Source: Bugula neritina
Taxonomy: Eukaryota > Animalia > Bryozoa
Assembly: GCA_964035545.1 (NCBI GenBank)
Contig: OZ037768.1
Location: 15,075,675-15,139,674, forward strand
DNA: 64,000 bases
Direction of reading: 5' to 3'
Shown: piece after piece, positions 47,801 to 63,400 of the stretch
Layout of the letters: each line of letters starts with the position of its first letter
How positions within the stretch are numbered: position 1 is the stretch's first letter
Notes under the pieces: generated by a model
What the model saw: the letters and a program-made list of their open reading frames with translations, nothing else
Databases searched by the model: none
Told to the model about the DNA's origin: nothing
Position numbers and translations under genes: made by a program

Positions 47801-50800
47801 GCATACTGAAATACACTGCAATACACTGAAGTATACTGTAATCTACAGAAAGGTACTGTAACATACTGAAACATACGGCAACATACTAAAATATACTGCG
47901 ACACATTGAAATATACTGCAATATACTGAAATACACCGTAACATACTAAACTCCACTGCAACATTCTGAAATACACCGTAACACATTGAAATACACTGCA
48001 ACACAGGGAATTATACTGAAATACATTGTAAGATATGGAAACACACTGCAACATACTGCAACATAATGAAATATATGGTAACCTACTGAAATATGTTGAA
48101 AACTACTGAAACATACTGCAACATTATGCAACATAATGAAAGATACTGCAATATACTGAAATAAACTGCAAGATACTGCAACATACTGAAATACACTGTA
48201 ACCTACTGAAATACACTGTAACATATTGAAATACACTGCGACATACTGCAACATACTGAAAAACGCTGTAACATATTGAAATACACTGCAACACATTGAA
48301 ATATTCCGCAACATACCGAAATATAAGGTAAGCTAATGAGTTATACTGTAACACGTTGAAGTACACTGCAACATACTGAAATACACTGCGACACACTAAA
48401 TTATACTGTAATTTACAGAAATGTACTGCAACATACTGAAATATACTGCAAGATACTGCAACATACTGAAATACACTGTAACATACTGAAATACACTGCA
48501 ACATACTGAAATATACTGCATGATACTGCAACATACTGATACACATTGTAAGATACTGAAATGCACTGCAACATACTGAAATATACTGCATGATACTGCA
48601 ACATATTCATACACATTGTAAGATACTGAAATACACTGCAACATACCGCAACATACTGCAACGTATTGAAATACACTGTAACATCTTGAAAAACACTGCA
48701 ACACATTGAAACATACTGCAACATACTGAAACATACGGCAACATACTGAAATATACTGCGACACATTGAAATATAGTGCAACATACTGAAATATGCTGTA
48801 GCATACTGAAATACACTGCAATACACTGAAGTATACTGTAATATACAGAAACGTACTGTAACATACTGAAACATACGGCAACATACTACAATATACTGTG
48901 ACACATTGAAATATACTGCAACATACTGAAATACACCGTAACATACTGAAACACACTGCAACATACTGAAATACACTGTAACATATTGAAATACACTGCA
49001 ACACACTGAAATATACTGAAACATACCGAAATATATGGTAACCTACTGAAATATGTTGCAAACCACTAAAACATACTGCATCATCCTGCAACAAAATGAA
49101 ATATACGGTAACACTGAAGCATACTGCAATATACTGACATATACTGTAACATACTAAGACATACTGCAACATACCGAAAAATATGGTAACCTACTGAAAT
49201 ATGTTACAAACTACTGAAACATACTGCAACATACTGCAACATAATGAAATATACTGCAACATACTGAAAGATACTGCAACATACTGAAATATACTGCAAG
49301 ATACTGAAAAATACTGAAATACATTGTAAGATACCTAAATACACTGCAACATACTGCAACATATTGAAATACACTGTAACATATTGAAAAACACTGCAAC
49401 ACATTGAAATATACCGCAACATACCGAAGTATATGGTAGCCTACTGAAATATACTGCGACATACTGAAATACACTGTAACGTACTGAAATACACTGCAAC
49501 GTACTGAAATACACTGTAACATATTAAAATACACTGCAACACACTGAAATATACTGAAACATACCGAAATATATGGTAACCCACTGAAATCTGTTGCAAA
49601 CCACTGAAATATACTGCAACATACTGCAACATAATGAAGTATACTGCAACATACTGAAATATACTGCAAGATACTGCAACATACTGATACACATTGTAAG
49701 ATACTGAAATACACTGCAACATACCGCAACATACTGCAACGTATTGAAAAACACTGTAACATATTGAAAAACACTGCAACACATTGAAATATACTGCAAC
49801 ATACTGAAACATACGGCAACATACTGAAATATACTGCGACACATTGAAATATAGTGCAACATACTGAAATATGCTGTAGCATACTGAAATACACTGCAAT
49901 TCACTGAAATATACTGTAATATACAGAAACGTACTGTAACATACTGAAACATACGGCAACATACTAAAATGTACTGCGACACATTGAAATATACTGCAAC
50001 ATACTGAAATACACCGTAACATACTAAACTCCACTTCAACATTCTTAAATACACTGTAACACATTGAAATACACTGCAACACATTGAATTATACTGAAAT
50101 ACATTGTAGGATACTGAAATACACTGCAAGATACTGCAACATAATGGAATATATGGTAACCTACTGAAATATGTTGAAAACTACTGAAATATACTGCAAC
50201 ATAATGCAACATAATGAAAGATACTGCAACATACTGAAATAAACTGCAAGATACTGCAACATACTGAAAAACACTGCAACACACTGAAGTATACTGTAAT
50301 ATACAGAAATGTACTGTAAAATACTGAAATATACTTCATTATACTGAAAATACCTAAAAACATTGAAACATACTGATATACACTGAAACATACTGAAATA
50401 CACTGCAACACATTGGAATATACTGCAACATACCGAAATATATGGTAACCTACTGAAGTATGTTGCAAACTACTGAAATATACTGCAACATACTGAAATA
50501 CGCCGTAACATACTGAAATACACTGCAACATACTGAAATACATCGTAACAAATCGAAATACACTGCAATACACTGAAATATACTGAAACATACCGAAATA
50601 TATGGTAACCTACTGAAATATGTTGCAAACCACTGAAACATACTGCATCATCCTGCAACAAAGTGAAAAATACGGTAACACTGAAGCATACTGCAATATA
50701 CTGAAATATACTGTAACATACTGAGACATACTGCAACATACCGAAATATATGGTAACCTACTGAAATATGTTGCATACGACTGAAATATACTGCAACATA

Positions 50801-51300
50801 TTGAAGTATACTGCAACATACTGAAATATACTGCAAGATACTGCAACATACTGAAATACACTGTAACATACTGAAATACACTGCAAGATACTGAAATATA
50901 CTGCAAGATACTGCAACATACTGAAACACATTGTAAAATACTGAAATACACTGCAACATACCGCAGCAAACTGCAACGTATTGAAATACACTGTAACATA
51001 TTGAAAAACACTGCAACACATTGAAATATACTGCAACATACTAAAGCATACAGCAACATACTGAAATATACTGCGACACATTGAAATATAGTGCAACATA
51101 CTGAAATATGCTGTAGCATACTGAAATACACTGCAATACACTGAAGTATACTGTAATCTACAGAAATGTACTGTAACATACTGAAACATACGGCAACATA
51201 CTAAAATATACTGCGACACATTGAAATATACTGCAATATACTGAAATACACCGTAACATACTAAACTCCACTACAACATTCTGAAATACACTGTAACACA
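26900..51300. repeat. HOR domain with 3315-bp period (3311-bp and truncated 2327/2237-bp variants)
   Basis: A marker ORF recurs at 29030, 32345, 35656, 37983, 41298, 44609, 46846, 50161 (spacings 3315, 3311, 2327, 3315, 3311, 2237, 3315). Boundaries approximate. Confidence 0.9.
27110..44970. repeat. Tandem ~8.95-kb duplication superimposed on the 3315-bp HOR (junction ~36000-36020)
   Basis: Rare variants recur at exactly +8953: AACAATACTG 31491/40444, the A of ATATGATAGCC 31620/40573, 4-bp deletion ACCACTAATACTG 34561/43514, GAAATCAACT 35321/44274. Confidence 0.88.
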
Positions 51301-51499
51301 TTGAAATACACTGCAACACAGTGAATTATACTGAAATACATTGTAAGATACGGAAACACGCTGCAACATACTGCAACATAATGAAATATATGGTAACCTA
51401 CTGAAATATGTTGAAAACTACTGAAATATACTGCAACATTATACAACATAATGAAAGATACTGCAATATACTGAAATAAACTGCAAGATACTGCAACAT

Positions 51500-54400
51500 A
51501 CTGAAATACACTGTAACATACTGAAATACGCTGTAACATATTGAAATACACTGCGACATACTGCAACATACTGAAAAACGCTGTAACATATTGAAATACA
51601 CTGCAACACATTGAAATATTCCGCAACATACCGAAATATATGGTAACCTAATGATGTATACTGTAACACGTTGAAGTACACTGCAACATACTGAAATACA
51701 CTGCAACACACTAAATTATACTGTAATTTACAGAAATGTACTGCAACATACTGAAATATACTGCAAGATACTGCAACATACTGAAATACACTGTAACATA
51801 CTGAAATACACTGCAACATACTGAAATATACTGCATGATACTGCAATATACTGGAACATATTGTAAGATCCTGAAATGCACTGCAACATACTGAAATATA
51901 CTGCATGATACTGCAACATACTCATACACATTGTAAGATACTGAAATACACTGCAACATATCGCAACATACTGCAACGTATTGAAATACACTGTAACATA
52001 TTGAAAAACACTGCAACACATTGAAATATACTGCAACATACTAAAACATACGGCAACATACTGAAATATACTGCGACACATTGAAATATAGTGCAACATA
52101 CTGAAATATGCTGTAGCATACTGAAATACACTGCAAAACACTGAAGTAAACTGTAATATACAGAAACGTACTGTAACATACTGAAACATACGGCAACATA
52201 CTAAAATATACTGCGACACATTGAAATATACTGCAACATACTGAAATACACCGTAACATACTGAAATACACTGCAACATACTGAAATACGCCGTAACATA
52301 CTGAAATACACTGCAACATACTGAAATACACTGTAACAAATTGAAATACATTGCAACACACTGAAATATGCTGAAACATACCGAAATATATGGTAACCTA
52401 CTGAAATATGTTGCAAACCACTGAAACATACTGCATCATCTTGCAACGAAATGAAATATACGGTAACGCTGAAGCATACTGCAATATACTGAAATATACT
52501 GTAACATACTAAGACATACTGCAACATACCGAAATATATGGTAACCTACTGAAATATGTTGCAAACGACTGAAATATACTGCAACATACTGCAACATAAT
52601 GAAATATACTGCAACATACTGAAAGATACTGCAACATACTGAAATACACTATAGAATACCCAAAAATACTGCAACATACTGAAATATACTGCAAGATACT
52701 GCAAAATACTGAAATACATTGTACGATACCTAAATACACTGCAACATACTGCAACATACTGCAACATATTGAAATACACTGTAACATATTGAAAAACACT
52801 GCAACACATTGAAATATACCGCAACATACCGAAGTATATGGTAGCCTACTGAAATATACTGCGACATACTGAAATACACTGTAACGTACTGAAATACACT
52901 GCAAGATACTGAAATACACTGTAACATATTAAAATACACGGCAACACACTGAAATAGACTGAAACATACTGAAATATATGGTAACCCACTGAAATCTGTT
53001 GCAAACCACGGAAATATACTGCAACATACTGCAACATAATGAATAATACTGCAACATACTGAAATATACTGCAAGATACTGCAGCATACTGATACACATT
53101 GTAAGATACTGAAATACACTGCAACATACTGAAATATACTGCAAGATACTGCAACATACTGAAACACATTGTAAGATACTGAAATACACTGCAACATACC
53201 GCAACATACTGCAACGTATTGAAATACACTGTAACATGTTGAAAAACACTGCAACACATTGACATATACTGCAACATACTAAAACATACGGCAACATACT
53301 GAAATATACTGCGACACATTGAAATATAGTGCAACATACTGAAATATGCTGTAGCATACTGAAATACACTGCAATACACTGAGGTATACTGTAATATACA
53401 GATTCGTACTGTAACATACTGAAAAATACGGCAACATACTAAAATATACTGCGACACATTGAAATATACTGCAACATACTGAAATACACCGTAACATACT
53501 AAACCCCACTGCAAAATTCTGGAATACACTGTAACACATTGAAATACACTGCAACACAGGGAATTATACTGAAATACATTGCAAGATACGGAAACACACT
53601 GCAACATACTGCAACATAATGAAATATATGGTAACCTACTGAAATATGTTGAAAACTACTGAAATATACTGCAACATTATGCAACATAATGAAAGATACT
53701 GCAATATACTGAAATAAACTGCAAGATACTGCAACATACTGAAATACACTGTAACATACTGAAATACACTGTAACATATTGAAATACACTGCGACATACT
53801 GCAACATACTGAAAAACGCTGTAACATATTGAAATACACTGCAACACATTGAAATATTCCGCAACATACCGAAATATATGGTAAGCTAATGAGATATACT
53901 GTAACACGTTGAAGTACACTGCAACATACTGAAATACACTGCAACACACTAAATTATACTGTAGTTTACAGAAATGTACTGCAACATACTGAAATATACT
54001 GCAAGATACTGCAACATACTGAAATACACTGTAACATACTGAAATACACTGCAACATACTGAAATATACTGCATGATACTGTAACATACTGATACACATT
54101 GTAATATACTGAAATGCACTGCAACATACTGAAATATACTGCATGATACTGCAACATACCCATACACATTGTAGGATACTGAAATACACTGCAACACATT
54201 GAAACATACTGCAACATACTGAAACATACGGCAACATACTGAAATATACTGCGACACATTGAAATATAGTGCAACATACTGAAATATGCTGTAGCATACT
54301 GAAATACACTGCAATACACTGAAGTATACTGTAATATACAGAAACGTACTGTAACATACTGAAACATACGGCAACTTACTACAATATACTGTGACACATT

Positions 54401-57400
54401 GAAGTATACTGCAACATACTGAAATACACCGTAACATACTGAAATACACTGCAACATGCTGAAATACACTGTAACATAATGAAATACACTGCAACACACT
54501 GAAATATACTGAAACATACCGAAATATATGGTAACCTACTGAAATATGTTGCAAACCACTAAAACATACTGCATCATCCTGCAACAAAATGAAATACACT
54601 GTAACATATTGTAATACACTGCAACACACTGAAATATACTGAAACATACCGAAATATATGGTAACCTACTGAAATATGTTGCAAACCACTAAAACATACT
54701 GCATCATCCTGCAACAAAATGAAATATACGGTAACACTGAAGCATACTGCAATATACTGAAATATACTGTAACATACTAAGACATACTGCAACATACCAA
54801 AAATATGGTAACCTACTGAAATATGTTACAAACTACTGAAACATACTGCAACATACTGCAACATAATGAAATATACTGCAAAATACTGAAAGATACTGCA
54901 ACATACTGAAATACACTATAGAATACCCAAATATACTGCAACATACTGAAATATACTGCAAGATACTGCAAAATACTGAAATACATTGTAAGATACCTAA
55001 ATACACTGCAACATACTGCAACATACTGCAACATATTGAAATACACTGTAACATATTGAAAAACACTGCAACACATTGAAATATACAGCAACATACCGAA
55101 GTATATGGTAGCCTACTGAAAAATACTGCAACATACTGAAATACACTGTAACGTACTGAAATATACTGCAACATACTGAAATACACTGTAACATATAAAA
55201 ATACACTGCAACACACTGAAATATACTGAAACATACCAAAAATATATGGTAACCCACTGAAATCTGTTGCAAACCACTGAAATATACTGCAACATACTGC
55301 AACATAATGAATAATACTGCAACATACTGAAATACACTGTAACATACTGAAATACGCTGTAACATATTGAAATACACTGCGACATACTGCAACATACTGA
55401 AAAACGCTGTAACATATTGAAATACACTGCAACACATTGAAATATTTCGCAACATACCGAAATATATGGTAACCTAATGATGTATACTGTAACACGTTGA
55501 AGTACACTGCAACATACTGAAATACACTGCAACACACTAAATTATACTGTAATTTACAGAAATGTACTGCAACATACTGAAATATACTGCAAGATACTGC
55601 AACATACTGAAATACACTGTAACATACTGAAATACACTGCAACATACTGAAATATACTGCATGATACTGCAATATACTGGAACACATTGTAAGATACTGA
55701 AATGCACTGCAACATACTGAAATATACTGCATGATACTGCAACATACTCATACACATTGTAAGATACTGAAATACACTGCAACATACCGCAACATACTGC
55801 AACGTATTGAAATACACTGTAACATATTGAAAAACACTGCAACACATTGAAATATACTGCAACATACTAAAACATACGGCAACATACTGAAATATACTGC
55901 GACACATTGAAATATAGTGCAACATACTGAAATATGCTGTAGCATACTGAAATACACTGCAAAACACTGAAGTAAACTGTAATATACAGAAACGTACTGT
56001 AACATACTGAAACATACGGCAACATACTAAAATATACTGCGACACATTGAAATATACTGCAACATACTGAAATACACCGTAACATACTGAAATACACTGC
56101 AACATACTGAAATACGCCGTAACATACTGAAATACACTGCAACATACTGAAATACACTGTAACAAATTGAAATACACTGCAACACACTGAAATATGCTGA
56201 AACATACCGAAATATATGGTAACCTACTGAAATATGTTGCAAACCACTGAAACATACTGCATCATCTTGCAACAAAATGAAATATACGGTAACGCTGAAG
56301 CATACTGCAATATACTGAAATATACTGTAACATACTAAGACATACTGCAACATACCGAAATATATGGTAACCTACTGAAATATGTTGCAAACGACTGAAA
56401 TATACTGCAACATACTGCAACATAATGAAATATACTGCAACATACTAAAAGATACTGCAACATACTGAAATACACTATAGAATACCCAAAAATACTGCAA
56501 CATACTGAAATATACTGCAAGATACTGCAAAATACTGAAATACATTGTAAGATACCTAAATACACTGCAACATACTGCAACATACTGCAACATATTGAAA
56601 TACACTGTAACATATTGAAAAACACTGCAACACATTGAAATATACCGCAACATACCGAAGTATATGGTAGCCTACTGAAATATACTGCGACATACTGAAA
56701 TACACTGTAACGTACTGAAATACACTGCAAGATACTGAAATACACTGTAACATATTAAAATACACGGCAACACACTGAAATAGACTGAAACATACTGAAA
56801 TATATGGTAACCCACTGAAATCTGTTGCAAACCACGGAAATATACTGCAACATACTGCAACATAATGAATAATACTGCAACATACTGAAATATACTGCAA
56901 GATACTGCAGCATACTGATACACATTGTAAGATACTGAAATACACTGCAACATACTGAAATATACTGCAAGATACTGCAACATACTGAAACACATTGTAA
57001 GATACTGAAATACACTGCAACATACCGCAACATACTGCAACGTATTGAAATACACTGTAACATGTTGAAAAACACTGCAACACATTGACATATACTGCAA
57101 CATACTAAAACATACGGCAACATACTGAAATATACTGCGACACATTGAAATATAGTGCAACATACTGAAATATGCTGTAGCATACTGAAATACACTGCAA
57201 TACACTGAGGTATACTGTAATATACAGATTCGTACTGTAACATACTGAAAAATACGGCAACATACTAAAATATACTGCGACACATTGAAATATACTGCAA
57301 CATACTGAAATACACCGTAACATACTAAACCCCACTGCAAAATTCTGGAATACACTGTAACACATTGAAATACACTGCAACACAGGGAATTATACTGAAA

Positions 57401-60400
57401 TACATTGCAAGATACGGAAACACACTGCAACATACTGCAACATAATGAAATATATGGTAACCTACTGAAATATGTTGAAAACTACTGAAATATACTGCAA
57501 CATTATGCAACATAATGAAAGATACTGCAATATACTGAAATAAACTGCAAGATACTGCAACATACTGAAATACACTGTAACATACTGAAATACACTGTAA
57601 CATATTGAAATACACTGCGACATACTGCAACATACTGAAAAACGCTGTAACATATTGAAATACACTGCAACACATTGAAATATTCCGCAACATACCGAAA
57701 TATATGGTAAGCTAATGAGATATACTGTAACACGTTGAAGTACACTGCAACATACTGAAATACACTGCAACACACTAAATTATACTGTAGTTTACAGAAT
57801 TGTACTGCAACATACTGAAATATACTGCAAGATACTGCAACATACTGAAATACACTGTAACATACTGAAATACACTGCAACATACTGAAATATACTGCAT
57901 GATACTGTAACATACTGATACACATTGTAATATACTGAAATGCACTGCAACATACTGAAATATACTGCATGATACTGCAACATACCCATACACATTGTAG
58001 GATACTGAAATACACTGCAACACATTGAAACATACTGCAACATACTGAAACATACGGCAACATACTGAAATATACTGCGACACATTGAAATATAGTGCAA
58101 CATACTGAAATATGCTGTAGCATACTGAAATACACTGCAATACACTGAAGTATACTGTAATATACAGAAACGTACTGTAACATACTGAAACATACGGCAA
58201 CTTACTACAATATACTGTGACACATTGAAGTATACTGCAACATACTGAAATACACCGTAACATACTGAAATACACTGCAACATGCTGAAATACACTGTAA
58301 CATAATGAAATACACTGCAACACACTGAAATATACTGAAACATACCGAAATATATGGTAACCTACTGAAATATGTTGCAAACCACTAAAACATACTGCAT
58401 CATCCTGCAACAAAATGAAATACACTGTAACATATTGTAATACACTGCAACACACTGAAATATACTGAAACATACCGAAATATATGGTAACCTACTGAAA
58501 TATGTTGCAAACCACTAAAACATACTGCATCATCCTGCAACAAAATGAAATATACGGTAACACTGAAGCATACTGCAATATACTGAAATATACTGTAACA
58601 TACTAAGACATACTGCAACATACCAAAAATATGGTAACCTACTGAAATATGTTACAAACTACTGAAACATACTGCAACATACTGCAACATAATGAAATAT
58701 ACTGCAAAATACTGAAAGATACTGCAACATACTGAAATACACTATAGAATACCCAAATATACTGCAACATACTGAAATATACTGCAAGATACTGCATTAT
58801 ACTGAAATACATTGTACGATACCTAAATACACTGCAACATACTGCAACATACTGCAACATATTGAAATACACTGTAACATATTGAAAAACACTGCAACAC
58901 ATTGAAATATACAGCAACATACCGAAGTATATGGTAGCCTACTGAAAAATACTGCAACATACTGAAATACACTGTAACGTACTGAAATATACTGCAACAT
59001 ACTGAAATACACTGTAACATATAAAAATACACTGCAACACACTGAAATATACTGAAACATACCAAAAATATATGGTAACCCACTGAAATCTGTTGCAAAC
59101 CACTGAAATATACTGCAACATACTGCAACATAATGAATAATACTGCAACATACTGAAATACACTGTAACATACTGAAATACGCTGTAACATATTGAAATA
59201 CACTGCGACATACTGCAACATACTGAAAAACGCTGTAACATATTGAAATACACTGCAACACATTGAAATATTCCGCAACATACCGAAATATATGGTAACC
59301 TAATGATGTATACTGTAACACGTTGAAGTACACTGCAACATACTGAAATACACTGCAACACACTAAATTATACTGTAATTTACAGAAATGTACTGCAACA
59401 TACTGAAATATACTGCAAGATACTGCAACATACTGAAATACACTGTAACATACTGAAATACACTGCACCATACTGAAATATACTGCATGATACTGCAATA
59501 TACTGGAACACATTGTAAGATACTGAAATGCACTGCAACATACTGAAATATACTGCATGATACTGCAACATACTCATACACATTGTAAGATACTGAAATA
59601 CACTGCAACATACCGCAACATACTGCAACGTATTGAAATACACTGTAACATATTGAAAAACACTGCAACACATTGAAATATACTGCAACATACTAAAACA
59701 TACGGCAACATACTGAAATATACTGCGACACATTGAAATATAGTGCAACATACTGAAATATGCTGTAGCATACTGAAATACACTGCAAAACACTGAAGTA
59801 AACTGTAATATACAGAAAGGTACTGTAACATACTGAAACATACGGCAACATACTAAAATATACTGCGACACATTGAAATATACTGCAACATACTGAAATA
59901 CACCGTAACATACTGAAATACACTGCAACATACTGAAATACACTGTAACAAATTGAAATACACTGCAACACACTGAAATATGCTGAAACATACCGAAATA
60001 TATGGTAACCTACTGAAATATGTTGCAAACCACTGAAACATACTGCATCATCTTGCAACAAAATGAAATATACGGTAACGCTGAAGCATACTGCAATATA
60101 CTGAAATATACTGTAACATACTAAGACATACTGCAACATACCGAAATATATGGTAACCTACTGAAATATGTTGCAAACGACTGAAATATACTGCAACATA
60201 CTGCAACATAATGAAATATACTGCAACATACTGAAAGATACTGCAACATACTGAAATACACTATAGAATACCCAAAAATACTGCAACATACTGAAATATA
60301 CTGCAAGATACTGCAAAATACTGAAATACATTGTAAGATACCTAAATACACTGCAACATACTGCAACATACTGCAACATATTGAAATACACTGTAACATA

Positions 60401-63400
60401 TTGAAAAACACTGCAACACATTGAAATATACCGCAACATACCGAAGTATATGGTAGCCTACTGAAATATACTGCGACATACTGAAATACACTGTAACGTA
60501 CTGAAATACACTGCAACATACTGAAATACACTGTAACATATTAAATTACACTGCAACACACTGAAATATACTGAAACATACTGAAATATATGGTAACCCA
60601 CTGAAATCTGTTGCAAACCACGGAAATATACTGCAACATACTGCAACATAATGAATAATACTGCAACATACTGAAATATACTGCAAGATACTGCAGCATA
60701 CTGATACACATTGTAAGATACTGAATTACACTGCAACATACTGAAATATACTGCAAGATACTGCAACATACTGAAACACATTGTAAGATACTGAAATACA
60801 CTGCAACATACCGCAACATACTGCAACGTATTGAAATACACTGTAACATGTTGAAAAACACTGCAACACATTGAAATATACTGCAACATACTAAAACATA
60901 CGGCAACATACTGAAATATACTGCGACACATTGAAATATAGTGCAACATACTGAAATATGCTGTAGCATACTGAAATACACTGCAATACACTGAGGTATA
61001 CTGTAATATACAGATTCGTACTGTAACATACTGAAAAATACGGCAACATACTAAAATATACTGCGACACATTGAAATATACTGCAACATACTGAAATACA
61101 CCGTAACATACTAAACCCCACTGCAAAATTCTGGAATACACTGTAACACATTGAAATACACTGCAACACAGGGAATTATACTGAAATACATTGCAAGATA
61201 CGGAAACACACTGCAACATACTGCAACATAATGAAATATATGGTAACCTACTGAAATATGTTGAAAACTACTGAAATATACTGCAACATTATGCAACATA
61301 ATGAAAGATACTGCAATATACTGAAATAAACTGCAAGATACTGCAACATACTGAAATACACTGTAACATACTGAAATACACTGTAACATATTGAAATTTA
61401 CTGCGACATACTGCAACATACTGAAAAACGCTGTAACATATTGAAATACACTGCAACACATTGAAATATTCCGCAACATACCGAAATATATGGTAAGCTA
61501 ATGAGATATACTGTAACACGTTGAAGTACACTGCAACATACTGAAATACACTGCAACACACTAAATTATACTGTAGTTTACAGAACTGTACTGCAACATA
61601 CTGAAATATACTGCAAGATACTGCAACATACTGAAATACACTGTAACATACTGAAATACACTGCAACATACTGAAATATACTGCATGGTACTGCAACATA
61701 CTGATACACATTGTAAGATACTGAAATGCACTGCAACATACCGAAATATACTGCATGATACTGCAACATACCCATACACATTGTAGGATACTGAAATACA
61801 CTGCAACACATTGAAACATACTGCAACATACTGAAACATACGGCAACATACTGAAATATACTGCGACACATTGAAATATAGTGCAACATACTGAAATATG
61901 CTGTAGCATACTGAAATACACTGCAATACACTGAAGTATACTGTAATATACAGAAACGTACTGTAACATACTGAAACATACGGCAACTTACTACAATATA
62001 CTGTGACACATTGAAGTATACTGCAACATACTGAAATACACCGTAACATACTGAAATACACTGCAACATGCTGAAATACACTGTAACATAATGAAATACA
62101 CTGCAACACACTGAAATATACTGAAACATACCGAAATATATGGTAACCTACTGAAATATGTTGCAAACCACTAAAACATACTGCATCATCCTGCAACAAA
62201 ATGAAATACACTGTAACATTTTGTAATACACTGCAACACACTGAAATATACTGAAACATACCGAAATATATGGTAACCTACTGAAATATGTTGCAAACCA
62301 CTAAAACATACTGCATCATCCTGCAACAAAATGAAATATACGGTAACACTGAAGCATACTGCAATATACTGAAATATACTGTAACATACTAAGACATACT
62401 GCAACATACCAAAAATATGGTAACCTACTGAAATATGTTACAAACTACTGAAACATACTGCAACATACTGCAACATAATGAAATATACTGCAAAATACTG
62501 AAAGATACTGCAACATACTGAAATACACTATAGAATACCCAAATATACTGCAACATACTGAAATATACTGCAAGATACTGCAAAATACTGGAATACATTG
62601 TAAGATACCTAAATACACTGCAACATACTGCAACATACTGCAACATATTGAAATACACTGTAACATATTGAAAAACACTGCAACACATTGAAATATACAG
62701 CAACATACCGAAGTATATGGTAGCCTACTGAAAAATACTGCAACATACTGAAATACACTGTAACGTACTGAAGTATACTGCAACATACTGAAATACACTG
62801 TAACATATAAAAATACACTGCAACACACTGAAATATACTGAAACATACCAAAAATATATGGTAACCCACTGAAATCTGTTGCAAACCACTGAAATATACT
62901 GCAACATACTGCAACATAATGAATAATACTGCAACATACTGAAATACACTGTAACATACTGAAATACGCTGTAACATATTGAAATACACTGCGACATACT
63001 GCAACATACTGAAAAACGCTGTAACATATTGAAATACACTGCAACACATTGAAATATTCCGCAACATACCGAAATATATGGTAACCTAATGATGTATACT
63101 GTAACACGTTGAAGTACACTGCAACGTACTGAAATACACTGCAACACACTAAATTATACTGTAATTTACAGAAATGTACTGCAACATACTGAAATATACT
63201 GCAAGATACTGCAACATACTGAAATACACTGTAACATACTGAAATACACTGCAACATACTGAAATATACTGCATGATACTGCAATATACTGGAACACATT
63301 GTAAGATACTGAAATGCACTGCAACATACTGAAATATACTGCATGATACTGCAACATACTCATACACATTGTAAGATACTGAAATACACTGCAACATACC

